Assembly: GCF_044324875.1 (NCBI RefSeq)
Contig: NZ_CP172185.1
Direction: 5' to 3' (one strand)
Length of the DNA: 64,000 nucleotides
Source of the DNA: Escherichia coli
GTDB taxonomy: Bacteria > Pseudomonadota > Gammaproteobacteria > Enterobacterales > Enterobacteriaceae
A model generated the notes under the pieces. It saw only the letters and a program-made list of their open reading frames with translations. It was not told the origin of the DNA and searched no databases. Each line of letters opens with the position of its first letter. The stretch's first letter is position 1. Shown here piece by piece: positions 23,570 to 35,341 of this stretch. Both the position numbers and the translations under genes were made by a program.

Positions 23570-25240
23570 ATGGATAATGCAGAACTCGCCATTGGTATCG
23601 ATCTCGGTACTACCAATAGTTTAATTGCCGTCTGGAAAGACGGTGCCGCGCAATTAATTCCAAATAAGTTCGGTGAATATTTAACACCATCCATAATTAG
23701 CATGGATGAAAATAATCATATTTTAGTCGGAAAACCCGCTGTATCACGGCGCACTTCGCATCCGGATAAAACGGCAGCGTTATTTAAACGTGCAATGGGC
23801 AGTAATACCAACTGGCGGTTAGGCAGCGACACATTTAACGCGCCAGAACTGTCCTCTTTGGTATTACGCTCATTAAAAGAAGATGCCGAAGAATTTCTGC
23901 AACGTCCGATTAAAGATGTGGTGATCTCCGTTCCGGCTTATTTCAGCGATGAACAACGCAAGCATACCCGTTTAGCAGCGGAGTTAGCCGGGTTAAATGC
24001 GGTACGCTTAATTAATGAACCCACAGCAGCTGCGATGGCATATGGCCTGCATACGCAACAAAATACCCGCTCGCTGGTTTTTGATCTCGGTGGCGGCACG
24101 TTTGACGTCACGGTGCTCGAATACGCCACGCCGGTGATTGAAGTTCACGCCTCCGCTGGCGACAACTTTCTTGGCGGCGAAGATTTTACTCATATGCTGG
24201 TGGATGAAGTTTTAAAACGCGCCGCAGTGGCTAAAAACATGCTCAACGAAAGTGAGCTGGCAGCCCTGTACACCAGCGTGGAAGCGGCAAAATGCGGCAA
24301 TCAATTACCGCTGCAAATTAGCTGGCAGTATCAGGAAGAAACGCGTGAGTGCGAATTTTACGAGAACGAACTGGAAGATTTGTGGTTGCCGCTGCTCAAT
24401 CGCTTGCGAGTGCCGATTGAACAGGCGTTGCGCGATGCACGTCTGAAGCCCAGTCAAATCGACAGTCTGGTGCTGGTTGGCGGCGCATCACAAATGCCGC
24501 TGGTGCAGCGAATCGCCGTACGTCTGTTTGGCAAATTACCATATCAAAGTTACGACCCGAGCACCATTGTCGCGCTGGGCGCAGCAATCCAGGCCGCCTG
24601 CCGCTTACGCAGTGAAGATATTGAAGAGGTGATCCTCACTGATATTTGCCCTTACTCGTTGGGTGTTGAAGTTAACCGCCAGGGCGTTTCCGGCATTTTC
24701 TCGCCGATAATTGAACGAAACACCACTGTACCGGTGTCGCGTGTAGAAACTTACTCGACCATGCACCCGGAACAGGATTCAATTACGGTTAACGTCTATC
24801 AAGGAGAAAATCACAAAGTTAAAAATAACATTCTGGTGGAATCCTTTGATGTGCCGTTGAAGAAAACCGGGGCTTATCAGTCGATTGATATTCGCTTTAG
24901 TTATGATATCAACGGGTTGCTTGAAGTTGACGTGCTTCTGGAAGACGGCAGCGTTAAGTCCAGAGTCATTAATCACAGTCCTGTAACATTGAGCGCACAG
25001 CAGATTGAAGAGAGTCGGACGCGGTTATCCGCATTGAAAATTTATCCGCGCGATATGCTCATCAACCGTACCTTTAAAGCCAAACTGGAAGAGTTGTGGG
25101 CGCGGGCGCTGGGTGACGAGCGAGAAGAGATCGGCCGGGTGATCACCGATTTTGATGCGGCGTTGCAGTCAAACGATATGGCCCGCGTCGATGAAGTTCG
25201 GCGACGGGCGAGCGATTATTTGGCTATTGAGATCCCTTAA
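23570..25240 (+). CDS. hscC: Hsp70-family chaperone HscC
   Basis: 556 aa MDNAELAIGIDLGTTNSLIAVW...; Hsp70 ATPase motifs IDLGTTNS, DLGGGTFD. Confidence 0.95.
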   Translation: MDNAELAIGIDLGTTNSLIAVWKDGAAQLIPNKFGEYLTPSIISMDENNHILVGKPAVSRRTSHPDKTAALFKRAMGSNTNWRLGSDTFNAPELSSLVLRSLKEDAEEFLQRPIKDVVISVPAYFSDEQRKHTRLAAELAGLNAVRLINEPTAAAMAYGLHTQQNTRSLVFDLGGGTFDVTVLEYATPVIEVHASAGDNFLGGEDFTHMLVDEVLKRAAVAKNMLNESELAALYTSVEAAKCGNQLPLQISWQYQEETRECEFYENELEDLWLPLLNRLRVPIEQALRDARLKPSQIDSLVLVGGASQMPLVQRIAVRLFGKLPYQSYDPSTIVALGAAIQAACRLRSEDIEEVILTDICPYSLGVEVNRQGVSGIFSPIIERNTTVPVSRVETYSTMHPEQDSITVNVYQGENHKVKNNILVESFDVPLKKTGAYQSIDIRFSYDINGLLEVDVLLEDGSVKSRVINHSPVTLSAQQIEESRTRLSALKIYPRDMLINRTFKAKLEELWARALGDEREEIGRVITDFDAALQSNDMARVDEVRRRASDYLAIEIP

Positions 25241-25247
25241 ACACGGC

Positions 25248-25279
25248 TGCCGGATGCGGCATAAACGCTGCATCCGGCA
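25248..25279. repeat. REP palindromic element between convergent hscC and djlC
   Basis: GCCGGATGCGGCATAAACGCTGCATCCGGC palindrome of REP type. Confidence 0.6.
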
Positions 25280-25299
25280 TCGGCGCAAAAAACACTTCC

Positions 25300-26751
25300 T
25301 CAGCTAAACAACATCGCGATTTTTCCGAGAGCATAACCTATCACCAGCACCGTTAAGCTGATTTTGATAATGCTGGTAATGCTCTGTGGTTTTTCATCCT
25401 CATCATTTTTTTCTTCGTGGTTTTCAGGTGTTGGCTCATCGACATCTTCATCCTCCGGCTCGAGTTTCACTTTCGTCAACAGCATCCGGGTGATAATGGC
25501 CTCTAATGGATGAGCATCTCCACCTTCCAGCCTTGTATTAAGACGGGCCAGCATCTCTTGTTTCGGGAACGCTTCCAGCACAACCTGTTCCGCTACCCGA
25601 TACAAATCCAGTAACGGTGAATCTTGTTCTGTCTCGCTACCGACTCTCGATTTCCACCACGCCCATGCTTTGCGCTTGAAGAATAACGACTCAATAAACG
25701 ATTGACCTAACGGCGATAATTTTCCGCTATGTAAAATTTCCGCCCATAACAGCCGCGTCCGGGCGCTCTCACCAGGAACATATTTCAACGGTTGACCTTG
25801 CGCATCAACCATGCTCTGCGCTTCGATAACCATCACTAACAGCGCGAAATAATCCGGGCAATGACGCTTGCTCCACTGCAACAACAAATTATCGGCTTGT
25901 GTAGATGGGTAACTCTCCCGGTATGCGCAGAGATCGGCAAGCAGGCTTTCCCCCTCGCCACAGTACAACCGTTGCGCACACTGGTAATAACGGGCATCTT
26001 CGCTTTCTGGTTCTTCTGCTTGCCACTGTTGGGCAACAGGAATGAGTTCCGCCATACCTCTTTTCACCGAGCTGTACCAGCGCAACAGTTTGCGATGTAA
26101 CTTGACATCATCAGGAATGAACCACGGACCTTCCATTGCCATAAACGCAGTGACATAGTCGGGATGGTAACGGCAACAGCGTTCCAGCGCGAAGTAATAC
26201 TCAACAGTCTGGTTCTGCAACGCGACGGGATATTCCAGAAGGCTAAGGAAATCGAAACAATCACCAGCCTGAATGGCCTCAAGAAAAGCCTCCCTTTCTT
26301 CCTCATCCATTCCTTCGCTGTCATTAAACGAATGCCAGTTCAAACGCTCTGCCAGCAAAGAAGCACAATTTAATGAAAGATATCGCGCTTCTATAGCGAT
26401 TGCACACAGCGGCCAGCGTAATTGATCGACATCCTCCATGTTCCAGGTATTTAATTGCTGAATAAATTTCTGCCAGGCGGAGGGCTGAAAACGATCACTT
26501 TCTGAATCCAGTAATGTCCTGAATGCACGTAGTATTTCATGTTCAGCGGCGGCATCTTTTTCTTCATCATCTGCTTCCTCGACAGGATTTACCGCCAGTC
26601 GCAGCGCCTCTTCATAGGCCTGGCGTAATGCTTTAAACCCCTGCGGATCGGTTTCGGGATGACACAACGGTAAGCGAGCAAGATAAGCCTGGCGGATAAT
26701 GTCTATTTGCGTCGTGCTTTCAATTTCGAGGATTTGCCAACATGTTTTCAT
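25300..26751 (-). CDS. djlC: J-domain-like membrane-anchored co-chaperone (HscC partner)
   Basis: 483 aa [39 protein letters not shown]...; C-terminal hydrophobic anchor [19 protein letters not shown]; paralogous to djlB. Confidence 0.9.
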   Translation of the reverse strand: MKTCWQILEIESTTQIDIIRQAYLARLPLCHPETDPQGFKALRQAYEEALRLAVNPVEEADDEEKDAAAEHEILRAFRTLLDSESDRFQPSAWQKFIQQLNTWNMEDVDQLRWPLCAIAIEARYLSLNCASLLAERLNWHSFNDSEGMDEEEREAFLEAIQAGDCFDFLSLLEYPVALQNQTVEYYFALERCCRYHPDYVTAFMAMEGPWFIPDDVKLHRKLLRWYSSVKRGMAELIPVAQQWQAEEPESEDARYYQCAQRLYCGEGESLLADLCAYRESYPSTQADNLLLQWSKRHCPDYFALLVMVIEAQSMVDAQGQPLKYVPGESARTRLLWAEILHSGKLSPLGQSFIESLFFKRKAWAWWKSRVGSETEQDSPLLDLYRVAEQVVLEAFPKQEMLARLNTRLEGGDAHPLEAIITRMLLTKVKLEPEDEDVDEPTPENHEEKNDEDEKPQSITSIIKISLTVLVIGYALGKIAMLFS

Positions 26752-27455
26752 AGGTCGCTCACATCCTTAAGCGTTACCGGGCATTCAGGCTGGGCAGTCA
26801 ATGGCTGCCAGGGAAGCGTGGCATAGAAACGATCGCTTCCCGCTGCCAGCTCTTCGAACATCCGACTCCCGGCGCTATCGTATTTGTACAGGGTTAGCGC
26901 CTCGCGTAACGAAGCGTTGTCTTCGCATTGAGAAGATTGCCAGTAGAGACGCCCTAGTGAATAGGCAGAAAAATAGTGCATCCAGCTGTGATAGTAATGG
27001 TGTGCTCGGACATAGATGCGCGATTGCAGCCATAAACTCTCTTCTTCCGTCAGCCACTTGTTGAGCACACCGACCCGTGACAGAAACCCCATTCGAACAT
27101 AATCCCAGGCTTTGATTCCCCCTTCTCCACAGCACATAGCGGTTTGGGCAACGAATTGGGTATAAATCAACCCTCTCTCCGAGCCACCAGCAATTAATGC
27201 TTTCCACTCTTCAGGGGAAGAGCGATGCCATGTCAGATATAAGCCAGCTAAATCATTGGCATGACCATCATCGGTCATCTGATAAATAGTCTGAATTAAA
27301 TCATCACGATTATTTATTCCCCAGGATGATGAGAGATCGAATTCTTTTATCCCGGTATACATTTTTGGCGAGTCATGCGCGGGCTTGCAACCCTGATTAA
27401 GTATTTCCATGGGCGTAGAAAGCGCAAAAAGAAGATATTGTTCTTCCTTATTCAT
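26748..27455 (-). CDS. ybeU: Conserved hypothetical protein YbeU (paralog of YbeR)
   Basis: 235 aa [33 protein letters not shown]...; 4-bp overlap with downstream djlC start. Confidence 0.9.
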
Positions 27456-27556
27456 TTGTTAATAATCCCTTAAGTGCATTAACTGACTACTTTTTTATTA
27501 TTGATGAGTATAAACTTGACGCTTTCAAAATAAAAAGAAAATCGAAGTATTCACAC

Positions 27557-28111
27557 ATGAATAAAAAATTAATGTATATATTCGCAATATTTATAGTTGC
27601 AGCAATAACCTGTATTAGTCAACCCAAGAAAACGACGTTGCGTGATAAAGCCATGGTGAATTATGCCTTTGATTATTTAAGCTCACCGGGCAGTCTTCCA
27701 TTCACCACGGCAGCCACGGAGCTTTCCGCGATTCATGGTCACTCAACGTCGCAATATCGCCTTGGAGAATTTTATCTTCATGGTAGCGACGGTAAACCAC
27801 TGGATTATACACAGGCGAGATACTGGTATGAGCAATCAGCGGAACAGGAAAATCCACGCGCGCAAAGTAAACTGGGGTGGATCTACCTCAAAGGTCTGGG
27901 GGTCAAACCCGATACCCGTAAAGCAATTCTCTGGTATAAGGAAGCAGCTGAACAAGGGTATGCTCATGCTCAATATACTTTAGGTTTGATCTACAGAAAC
28001 GGCTCAGGTATTAATGTTAACCATTATGAATCTCAAAAATGGTTAAAACTGGCCGCCAAACAACATTACAAAAATGCGGAAAGATTACTTGCCGGGCTTC
28101 CCGCACATTAA
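27557..28111 (+). CDS. ybeT: Sel1-repeat (TPR-like) protein with N-terminal signal/anchor
   Basis: 184 aa; repeats of the AQ..LG..Y..G.GV..D...A..WY..AA.QG type. Confidence 0.9.
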
Positions 28112-28120
28112 CGTCGACTG

Positions 28121-29548
28121 TCACCCGAACAGATGGAGTATTTTCCCTATCAAACCAGCAAAGATAAAAATATAGAAAATAATTTTGATGACGCCCAGAC
28201 AGCCCGGCCCACCATCGTCAACGGGCATTGGCTGCGGTTGCGGCTCCGGTTCAACAGTTTGCTTCTCGGTAAAATTCGCCGCCTGAATTAATAATCGACG
28301 AATAATTAATGCTTCCAGTGGACAACGATCTTCTGCATCAAGGCGGCTCACAATCGGCATTAATGATTCTTCTGTCGGTTGGCTGGCCTGCACTAATTGT
28401 TTGGCAACTAGATATAATGGCCATAAGGGATGTTCTGTATCACGCGTGAGTGAGATCCGCGGCTTACGTCCTTTGTGCAAAACCATCTCGACCAGAGAAC
28501 GCCCCAGCGCAGAGAGTTTTTCATCACTGAGTATTTCGTATAAATGAAAACGCGTACGAGCGCTGTCACCAGGGACATAAAGTAGCGGTTTTCCCTGATC
28601 GTTAACCAGATCACGCGCTTCAATCATCATCACCACTAATGGGTAATAATCGACCCGATGCTGACGGCACCATTGCAACATTAAAGCATCCGCCTGGGTG
28701 GAGGGATACTCGCGCCAGTAGTCACAAAGTTCTGCCAGCAGGCTTTCGCCTTCTCCACAATAGACGCGTTGCGCGTATTCATAATAACGCGCATCTTCAT
28801 TATCAGGTTCAGCTTCCCGCCACGACCGGGCGTAATCCAGAAGTTCGGGGATTCCCAGGCGGCTTGCGCTATACCAGCGGAGTAAATTTCTGTGCAGTTT
28901 TGCATCATCGGGGATAATCACTGCGCGATGTTGCGCTAAATACAATGTCAGCCATTCTGGATGCGATGACCAAATCCGAGCGAACATTTGGTAAAAATCG
29001 ATGGTGTCATTTTGCACGGCAACGGGCAGATGCAGAATGGTCTGGAAGTTAAAAACATTCCCCTTCGCAATGGCATATAAAAAGGATTCCAGTTCTTCTT
29101 CGTCTATTTCCCCGGTGTTTTCCTCCTGCAACCACCGCAGTCTTTCTGCTAATAACACCACGCACTCGAAGGATAAATGGGCAGTGTTCATGGCGATTGT
29201 GCACAGCGACCAGCGTAATTCATCAATCTCTTCCATCGAGCAATAATTTAATTGCTGAATGAATCGCTGCCAGGCGGAAGGCAGAAAACGTTCGCTATCA
29301 GAGGCGAGTAACGCACGAAAGGCGAGCAGAATTTCATGTTCTGCAACTTCATGTTCTTCTGGTTGCCAAACAGATTTAGCAGGGGACTGCGCAATCCGTA
29401 GCGCATCCTCATACGCCTGACGAAGTTGTTTAAAACCCTGCGGATCTGTTTCTGGATGAAAGGACGGTAACAAGGCCAGATAAGCGCGACGGATAATATC
29501 GACGTCAGTCGTTTGAGGTATATCGAGGATCTGCCAGCAAGTTTTCAT
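28121..29548 (-). CDS. djlB: J-domain-like membrane-anchored co-chaperone (paralog of DjlC)
   Basis: 475 aa [39 protein letters not shown]...; C-terminal hydrophobic anchor. Confidence 0.9.
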   Translation of the reverse strand: MKTCWQILDIPQTTDVDIIRRAYLALLPSFHPETDPQGFKQLRQAYEDALRIAQSPAKSVWQPEEHEVAEHEILLAFRALLASDSERFLPSAWQRFIQQLNYCSMEEIDELRWSLCTIAMNTAHLSFECVVLLAERLRWLQEENTGEIDEEELESFLYAIAKGNVFNFQTILHLPVAVQNDTIDFYQMFARIWSSHPEWLTLYLAQHRAVIIPDDAKLHRNLLRWYSASRLGIPELLDYARSWREAEPDNEDARYYEYAQRVYCGEGESLLAELCDYWREYPSTQADALMLQWCRQHRVDYYPLVVMMIEARDLVNDQGKPLLYVPGDSARTRFHLYEILSDEKLSALGRSLVEMVLHKGRKPRISLTRDTEHPLWPLYLVAKQLVQASQPTEESLMPIVSRLDAEDRCPLEALIIRRLLIQAANFTEKQTVEPEPQPQPMPVDDGGPGCLGVIKIIFYIFIFAGLIGKILHLFG

Positions 29549-30252
29549 AGGTCGCTCATATCCTTAAGCGTTTCCGGGCATGTGGGGTAGTCAACCAGTG
29601 GTTGCCAGGGTAAGGTCGCGTAATATGCATCGTCACTGGCAAATAATTGATAAAACATATCATTGCCGGAATCGTCGTATTCTTTACGCGCTAAGAATTC
29701 ACGTAATAACTGAAGATTATCATCTTCGGGAGACTGCCAATATTGCCGACCAAAGGTATAACCGGCAAAGTATTGCTGCCAGTTACTATAATAACGTAGC
29801 GCCCGTAGATGAATGCGCGACTGGATCCATAGACTTTCTTCTTCGCTTAACCAGTTATTAAGTACGCCCATTCGGCTTAAAAAACCCATCCGGACATAAT
29901 CCCAGGCTTTAATTCCTCCCTCACCACAGCATTCGGCGGTGCTGGCGACAAATTGCGCATAAGCCTGACCTTGCTCATTTAATTCAGCAAGATAGTCACG
30001 CCATTCACATGGCGAATAACGAAACCAGCAGTGATAAAACCCTGCCAACCGCGCGGCATGACCGTTATCAATCATTCGGTGAATTGTGCGCAGCAGGTCA
30101 TCACGGTCATCAATTCCCCAGGAGGAAGAAAGGTCAAAAAAGCGTGTACCTAAATACATTTTGGGAGATGAATGCGAAGGTAAACAGCATTCATTGCGTA
30201 TTTCCATCGGAGTGGAAAGTGCAAACAATATTTTTTGCGACTCCATGTCCAT
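29545..30252 (-). CDS. ybeR: Conserved hypothetical protein YbeR (paralog of YbeU)
   Basis: 235 aa from ATG (reverse complement at 30250-30252) after AAGGA RBS: [23 protein letters not shown]...; ORF-track start 30279 is 9 codons longer. Confidence 0.88.
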   Translation of the reverse strand: MDMESQKILFALSTPMEIRNECCLPSHSSPKMYLGTRFFDLSSSWGIDDRDDLLRTIHRMIDNGHAARLAGFYHCWFRYSPCEWRDYLAELNEQGQAYAQFVASTAECCGEGGIKAWDYVRMGFLSRMGVLNNWLSEEESLWIQSRIHLRALRYYSNWQQYFAGYTFGRQYWQSPEDDNLQLLREFLARKEYDDSGNDMFYQLFASDDAYYATLPWQPLVDYPTCPETLKDMSDL

Positions 30253-30409
30253 ATAATTTATCCTTAAATATTCATTCAATGAATATTAACCACGTTGCGA
30301 GGCTCATTTATTTATACTTTTCTGACGCAACATAATACGCATAAAATAAGGCTTACGCAAAAATGGAACACATAAAAATATAATATGTTTTATATGCAAC
30401 CATAAGGAA

Positions 30410-31393
30410 ATGATAATGATTTTTACGTCAAGTTGCTGCGATAATTTATCAATAGATGAGATTATCGAACGTGCTGAAAAAGGCGATTGCGAGGCTCAAT
30501 ATATTATTGGGTTTTATTATAATCGCGATAGCGCAATTGACTCTCCGGACGACGAAAAAGCCTTCTACTGGCTGAAGCTGGCCGCTGAGCAAGGCCATTG
30601 TGAAGCACAATATTCCTTAGGGCGGAAATACTCCGAGGATAAAAGCCGTCATAAAGATAATGAGCAAGCCATCTTTTGGCTGAAAAAAGCTGCCCTACAA
30701 GGCCATACTTTCGCTTCCAACGCCCTTGGCTGGATACTGGATCGTGGAGAAGACCCCAACTATAAAGAAGCGGTTGCCTGGTATCAGATAGCCGCGGAGA
30801 GCGGAATGTCTTATGCGCAAAATAATCTTGGATGGATGTACAGAAATGGCAACGGAGTCGCTCAAGACTATGCGCTGGCATTTTTCTGGTACAAACAAGC
30901 TGCATTACAAGGCCATAGTTACGCACAAGACAATCTGGCCGATCTTTATGAAGACGGAAAAGGCGTTGCTCAAAACAAGACACTCGCCGCATTCTGGTAT
31001 TTGAAAAGCGCACAGCAGGGTAATCGGCATGCCCAGTTTCAAATTGCATGGGATTATAACGCTGGCGAAGGGGTGGACCAGGACTATAAGCAAGCCATGT
31101 ACTGGTATCTGAAGGCTGCCGCTCAGGAAAGCGTCGGCGCTTACGTCAACATCGGTTATATGTATAAACATGGACAAGGCGTTGAGAAAGATTATCAGGC
31201 CGCCTTTGAATGGTTTATGAAAGCCGCTGAATGCAATGACGCCACTGCCTGGTATAACCTGGCCATTATGTATCACTACGGAGAAGGAAGACCTGTCGAT
31301 CTCCGACAGGCTCTCGACCTGTATCGTAAAGTTCAGGCATCCGGTACCAGGGATGTCAGTCAAGAAATCCGTGAGATTGAAGATTTACTGTAA
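30410..31393 (+). CDS. ybeQ: Sel1-repeat protein
   Basis: 327 aa with at least 7 Sel1-like repeats (A.YNLGWMYRNGNGVAQDY..AFFWYKQAA.QG). Confidence 0.9.
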   Translation: MIMIFTSSCCDNLSIDEIIERAEKGDCEAQYIIGFYYNRDSAIDSPDDEKAFYWLKLAAEQGHCEAQYSLGRKYSEDKSRHKDNEQAIFWLKKAALQGHTFASNALGWILDRGEDPNYKEAVAWYQIAAESGMSYAQNNLGWMYRNGNGVAQDYALAFFWYKQAALQGHSYAQDNLADLYEDGKGVAQNKTLAAFWYLKSAQQGNRHAQFQIAWDYNAGEGVDQDYKQAMYWYLKAAAQESVGAYVNIGYMYKHGQGVEKDYQAAFEWFMKAAECNDATAWYNLAIMYHYGEGRPVDLRQALDLYRKVQASGTRDVSQEIREIEDLL

Positions 31394-31406
31394 GAGATAA
31401 AAACAA

Positions 31407-31430
31407 GGGCCGGGGAATTTTATTCGGCCC
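31407..31430. terminator. Bidirectional hairpin between convergent ybeQ and ybeL
   Basis: GGGCCG-gggaattttatt-CGGCCC hairpin in the short convergent spacer. Confidence 0.45.
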
Positions 31431-31463
31431 ATATTCTCTTTATTGCTGTGCGAAATCAGACCA

Positions 31464-31946
31464 TTAAGGCTCGAACGGGCGTCTCTGGAACTGGTCATGA
31501 CCACATTTCGGGCATAGCGTCAGCACTTCCGGTGTATAGATCGGGAGATGGAAATGACATTTCTCGCAGACCAGATTACCCAGCCCTACCACTTCTCCGC
31601 TGTGATAAACCCCGTGATGATTGAGGTCCTGGAAAACTTCGCGCCATTCAAGCTGCGTTTTATCGGTGATGTCTGCCAGCTCCTGCCACAAGCTTTCTTT
31701 AATCACCCGCATAAAGACGCTGTCAGACTCTTCTTTCAGGCTCTCTTCATAGCTCATGGCGAACTCTTCCAGGTCACGTCTGACAGCTCGCGTCAGCTCA
31801 TCGACCTCGGTTCGCGTTAACTCCCCTGTTTTTATTACGCGCTCGCGCGCCTGCTCCACCAGTGCGTCGATATCACGTTCGCCATTACGCAGGCGTTCGC
31901 TCAGTGACGCGACCAGTTCACGGTAATATTGAGCAACCTTGTTCAT
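31464..31946 (-). CDS. ybeL: DUF1451-family protein with C-terminal CxxC zinc ribbon
   Basis: 160 aa MNKVAQYYRELVASLSERLRNGERDIDALVEQ...; CEKCHFHL...CPKCGHDQF. Confidence 0.92.
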   Translation of the reverse strand: MNKVAQYYRELVASLSERLRNGERDIDALVEQARERVIKTGELTRTEVDELTRAVRRDLEEFAMSYEESLKEESDSVFMRVIKESLWQELADITDKTQLEWREVFQDLNHHGVYHSGEVVGLGNLVCEKCHFHLPIYTPEVLTLCPKCGHDQFQRRPFEP

Positions 31947-32180
31947 CGTTTCATCTCCCGGGTCGTTAACTGACTATAATAATAGACGTTCTTTGTTCCT
32001 TGCTTTGCTAATACGCCCACAAACTCTGTAAATTAATGTATGAATAATCCGGGCATCATTTCAACGTCGAGTGCGCGAAAGGCTGTTTTGACGCGGACGT
32101 TTGGGCTATGCTATGCGGATCTGAAAAACCACCTCAACGCTACATTTGTAGCCGTATTGAAAACAGGACCACTGGCTGCC

Positions 32181-34763
32181 ATGCAAGAGCAATACCGCCC
32201 GGAAGAGATAGAATCCAAAGTACAGCTTCATTGGGATGAGAAGCGCACATTTGAAGTAACCGAAGACGAGAGCAAAGAGAAGTATTACTGCCTGTCTATG
32301 CTTCCCTATCCTTCTGGTCGACTACACATGGGCCACGTACGTAACTACACCATCGGTGACGTGATCGCCCGCTACCAGCGTATGCTGGGCAAAAACGTCC
32401 TGCAGCCGATCGGCTGGGACGCGTTTGGTCTGCCTGCGGAAGGCGCGGCGGTGAAAAACAACACCGCACCGGCACCGTGGACGTACGACAACATCGCGTA
32501 CATGAAAAACCAGCTCAAAATGCTGGGCTTTGGTTATGACTGGAGCCGCGAGCTGGCAACCTGTACGCCGGAATACTACCGTTGGGAACAGAAATTCTTC
32601 ACCGAGCTGTATAAAAAAGGCCTGGTATATAAGAAGACTTCTGCGGTCAACTGGTGCCCGAACGACCAGACCGTACTGGCGAACGAACAAGTTATCGACG
32701 GCTGCTGCTGGCGCTGCGATACCAAAGTTGAGCGTAAAGAGATCCCGCAGTGGTTTATCAAAATCACTGCTTACGCTGACGAGCTGCTCAACGATCTGGA
32801 TAAACTGGATCACTGGCCAGACACCGTTAAAACCATGCAGCGTAACTGGATCGGTCGTTCCGAAGGCGTAGAAATCACTTTCAACGTTAACGACTATGAC
32901 AACACGCTGACCGTTTACACTACCCGCCCGGACACCTTTATGGGTTGTACCTACCTGGCGGTAGCGGCAGGTCATCCGCTGGCGCAGAAAGCGGCGGAAA
33001 ATAATCCTGAACTGGCCGCCTTTATTGACGAATGCCGTAACACCAAAGTTGCCGAAGCTGAAATGGCGACGATGGAGAAAAAAGGCGTCGATACTGGCTT
33101 TAAAGCGGTTCACCCATTAACGGGCGAAGAAATTCCCGTTTGGGCAGCAAACTTCGTATTGATGGAGTACGGCACGGGCGCAGTTATGGCGGTTCCGGGT
33201 CACGACCAGCGCGACTACGAGTTTGCCTCTAAATACGGCCTGAACATCAAACCAGTTATTCTGGCGGCTGACGGTTCTGAACCCGATCTTTCTCAGCAAG
33301 CCCTGACCGAAAAAGGCGTGCTGTTCAACTCTGGCGAGTTCAACGGTCTTGACCATGAAGCGGCCTTCAACGCTATCGCCGATAAACTGACTGCGATGGG
33401 CGTTGGCGAGCGTAAAGTGAACTACCGCCTGCGCGACTGGGGTGTTTCCCGTCAGCGTTACTGGGGCGCGCCGATTCCGATGGTGACGCTGGAAGACGGT
33501 ACCGTAATGCCGACCCCGGACGACCAGCTGCCGGTGATCCTGCCGGAAGATGTGGTGATGGACGGCATTACCAGCCCGATTAAAGCAGATCCGGAGTGGG
33601 CAAAAACTACCGTTAACGGTATGCCAGCGCTGCGTGAAACCGACACTTTCGACACCTTTATGGAGTCCTCCTGGTACTATGCGCGCTACACTTGCCCGGA
33701 GTACAAAGAAGGTATGCTGGATTCCAAAGCGGCTAACTACTGGCTGCCGGTGGATATCTACATTGGTGGTATCGAACACGCCATTATGCACCTGCTCTAC
33801 TTCCGCTTCTTCCACAAACTGATGCGTGATGCAGGCATGGTGAACTCTGACGAACCAGCGAAACAGTTGCTGTGTCAGGGTATGGTGCTGGCAGATGCCT
33901 TCTACTATGTTGGCGAAAACGGCGAACGTAACTGGGTTTCCCCGGTTGATGCTATCGTTGAACGTGACGAGAAAGGCCGTATCGTGAAAGCGAAAGACGC
34001 GGCAGGTCATGAACTGGTTTATACCGGCATGAGCAAAATGTCCAAGTCGAAGAACAACGGTATCGACCCGCAGGTGATGGTTGAACGTTACGGCGCGGAC
34101 ACCGTTCGTCTGTTTATGATGTTTGCTTCTCCGGCGGATATGACTCTCGAATGGCAGGAATCCGGCGTGGAAGGGGCTAACCGCTTCCTGAAACGTGTCT
34201 GGAAACTGGTTTACGAGCACACAGCGAAAGGTGATGTTGCGGCACTGAACGTTGATGCGCTGACTGAAGATCAGAAAGCGCTGCGTCGCGATGTGCATAA
34301 AACGATCGCTAAAGTGACCGATGATATCGGCCGTCGTCAGACCTTCAACACCGCAATTGCGGCGATTATGGAGCTGATGAACAAACTGGCGAAAGCACCG
34401 ACCGATGGCGAGCAGGATCGCGCTCTGATGCAGGAAGCACTGCTGGCCGTTGTTCGTATGCTTAACCCGTTCACCCCGCACATCTGCTTCACGCTGTGGC
34501 AGGAACTGAAAGGCGAAGGCGATATCGACAACGCACCGTGGCCGGTTGCTGACGAAAAAGCGATGGTGGAAGACTCCACGCTGGTCGTGGTGCAGGTTAA
34601 CGGTAAAGTCCGTGCAAAAATCACCGTTCCGGTGGACGCAACGGAAGAACAGGTTCGCGAACGTGCTGGCCAGGAACATCTGGTAGCAAAATATCTTGAT
34701 GGCGTTACCGTGCGTAAAGTGATTTACGTACCCGGTAAACTCCTCAATCTGGTCGTTGGCTAA
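32181..34763 (+). CDS. leuS: Leucyl-tRNA synthetase
   Basis: 860 aa from ATG 32181 ([24 protein letters not shown]...); HMGH and KMSKS class I motifs ([26 protein letters not shown]); ORF-track start 32040 is an in-frame extension. Confidence 0.96.
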   Translation: MQEQYRPEEIESKVQLHWDEKRTFEVTEDESKEKYYCLSMLPYPSGRLHMGHVRNYTIGDVIARYQRMLGKNVLQPIGWDAFGLPAEGAAVKNNTAPAPWTYDNIAYMKNQLKMLGFGYDWSRELATCTPEYYRWEQKFFTELYKKGLVYKKTSAVNWCPNDQTVLANEQVIDGCCWRCDTKVERKEIPQWFIKITAYADELLNDLDKLDHWPDTVKTMQRNWIGRSEGVEITFNVNDYDNTLTVYTTRPDTFMGCTYLAVAAGHPLAQKAAENNPELAAFIDECRNTKVAEAEMATMEKKGVDTGFKAVHPLTGEEIPVWAANFVLMEYGTGAVMAVPGHDQRDYEFASKYGLNIKPVILAADGSEPDLSQQALTEKGVLFNSGEFNGLDHEAAFNAIADKLTAMGVGERKVNYRLRDWGVSRQRYWGAPIPMVTLEDGTVMPTPDDQLPVILPEDVVMDGITSPIKADPEWAKTTVNGMPALRETDTFDTFMESSWYYARYTCPEYKEGMLDSKAANYWLPVDIYIGGIEHAIMHLLYFRFFHKLMRDAGMVNSDEPAKQLLCQGMVLADAFYYVGENGERNWVSPVDAIVERDEKGRIVKAKDAAGHELVYTGMSKMSKSKNNGIDPQVMVERYGADTVRLFMMFASPADMTLEWQESGVEGANRFLKRVWKLVYEHTAKGDVAALNVDALTEDQKALRRDVHKTIAKVTDDIGRRQTFNTAIAAIMELMNKLAKAPTDGEQDRALMQEALLAVVRMLNPFTPHICFTLWQELKGEGDIDNAPWPVADEKAMVEDSTLVVVQVNGKVRAKITVPVDATEEQVRERAGQEHLVAKYLDGVTVRKVIYVPGKLLNLVVG

Positions 34764-34777
34764 GCGCGGGAGGAAGC

Positions 34778-35341
34778 GTGCGATATCTGGCAACATTGTT
34801 GTTATCTCTGGCGGTGTTAATCACCGCCGGGTGTGGCTGGCATCTGCGTGATACCACGCAGGTTCCTTCCACTATGAAGGTCATGATCCTGGACTCAGGC
34901 GATCCGAACGGGCCATTAAGCCGTGCGGTGCGTAACCAGTTACGTCTGAATGGTGTCGAGTTGCTTGATAAAGAAACCACGCGTAAGGACGTTCCATCCC
35001 TGCGTTTGGGTTCTGTATCAATCTCGCAGGATACCGCTTCAGTTTTCCGTAATGGTCAAACAGCGGAATATCAGATGGTGATGACTGTCAGTGCGAGCGT
35101 ATTGATTCCGGGTCAAGATATTTACCCAATTAGCGCCAAAGTCTTCCGTTCGTTCTTTGATAACCCACAAATGGCGTTAGCGAAAGATAACGAACAGGAG
35201 ATGATTGTAAAAGAGATGTACGACCGTGCTGCCGAACAGTTGATCCGTAAACTGCCAAGCATCCGTGCTGCTGAAATTCGTTCTAACGAAGATGATGTAG
35301 CAGCAACGCCTGCACGCGTCTCTACCACGCTGGGTAACTGA
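34778..35341 (+). CDS. lptE: LPS assembly lipoprotein LptE
   Basis: 187 aa from GTG; [21 protein letters not shown] lipoprotein signal with lipobox LITAGC. Confidence 0.9.
   Translation: MRYLATLLLSLAVLITAGCGWHLRDTTQVPSTMKVMILDSGDPNGPLSRAVRNQLRLNGVELLDKETTRKDVPSLRLGSVSISQDTASVFRNGQTAEYQMVMTVSASVLIPGQDIYPISAKVFRSFFDNPQMALAKDNEQEMIVKEMYDRAAEQLIRKLPSIRAAEIRSNEDDVAATPARVSTTLGN

Noticed and set aside
32322-34796. Long minus-strand ORFs (263 aa and 559 aa) antisense to leuS
   Set aside because: Antisense artefacts of a large gene with biased codon usage; leuS on the plus strand has the class I synthetase motifs and exact expected length.
35260-35341. LptE C-terminus appears about 6 residues shorter than the K-12 protein as I recall it
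   Set aside because: Likely an in-frame strain polymorphism in a low-complexity tail; my recollection of the K-12 sequence is not exact enough to call it a finding.
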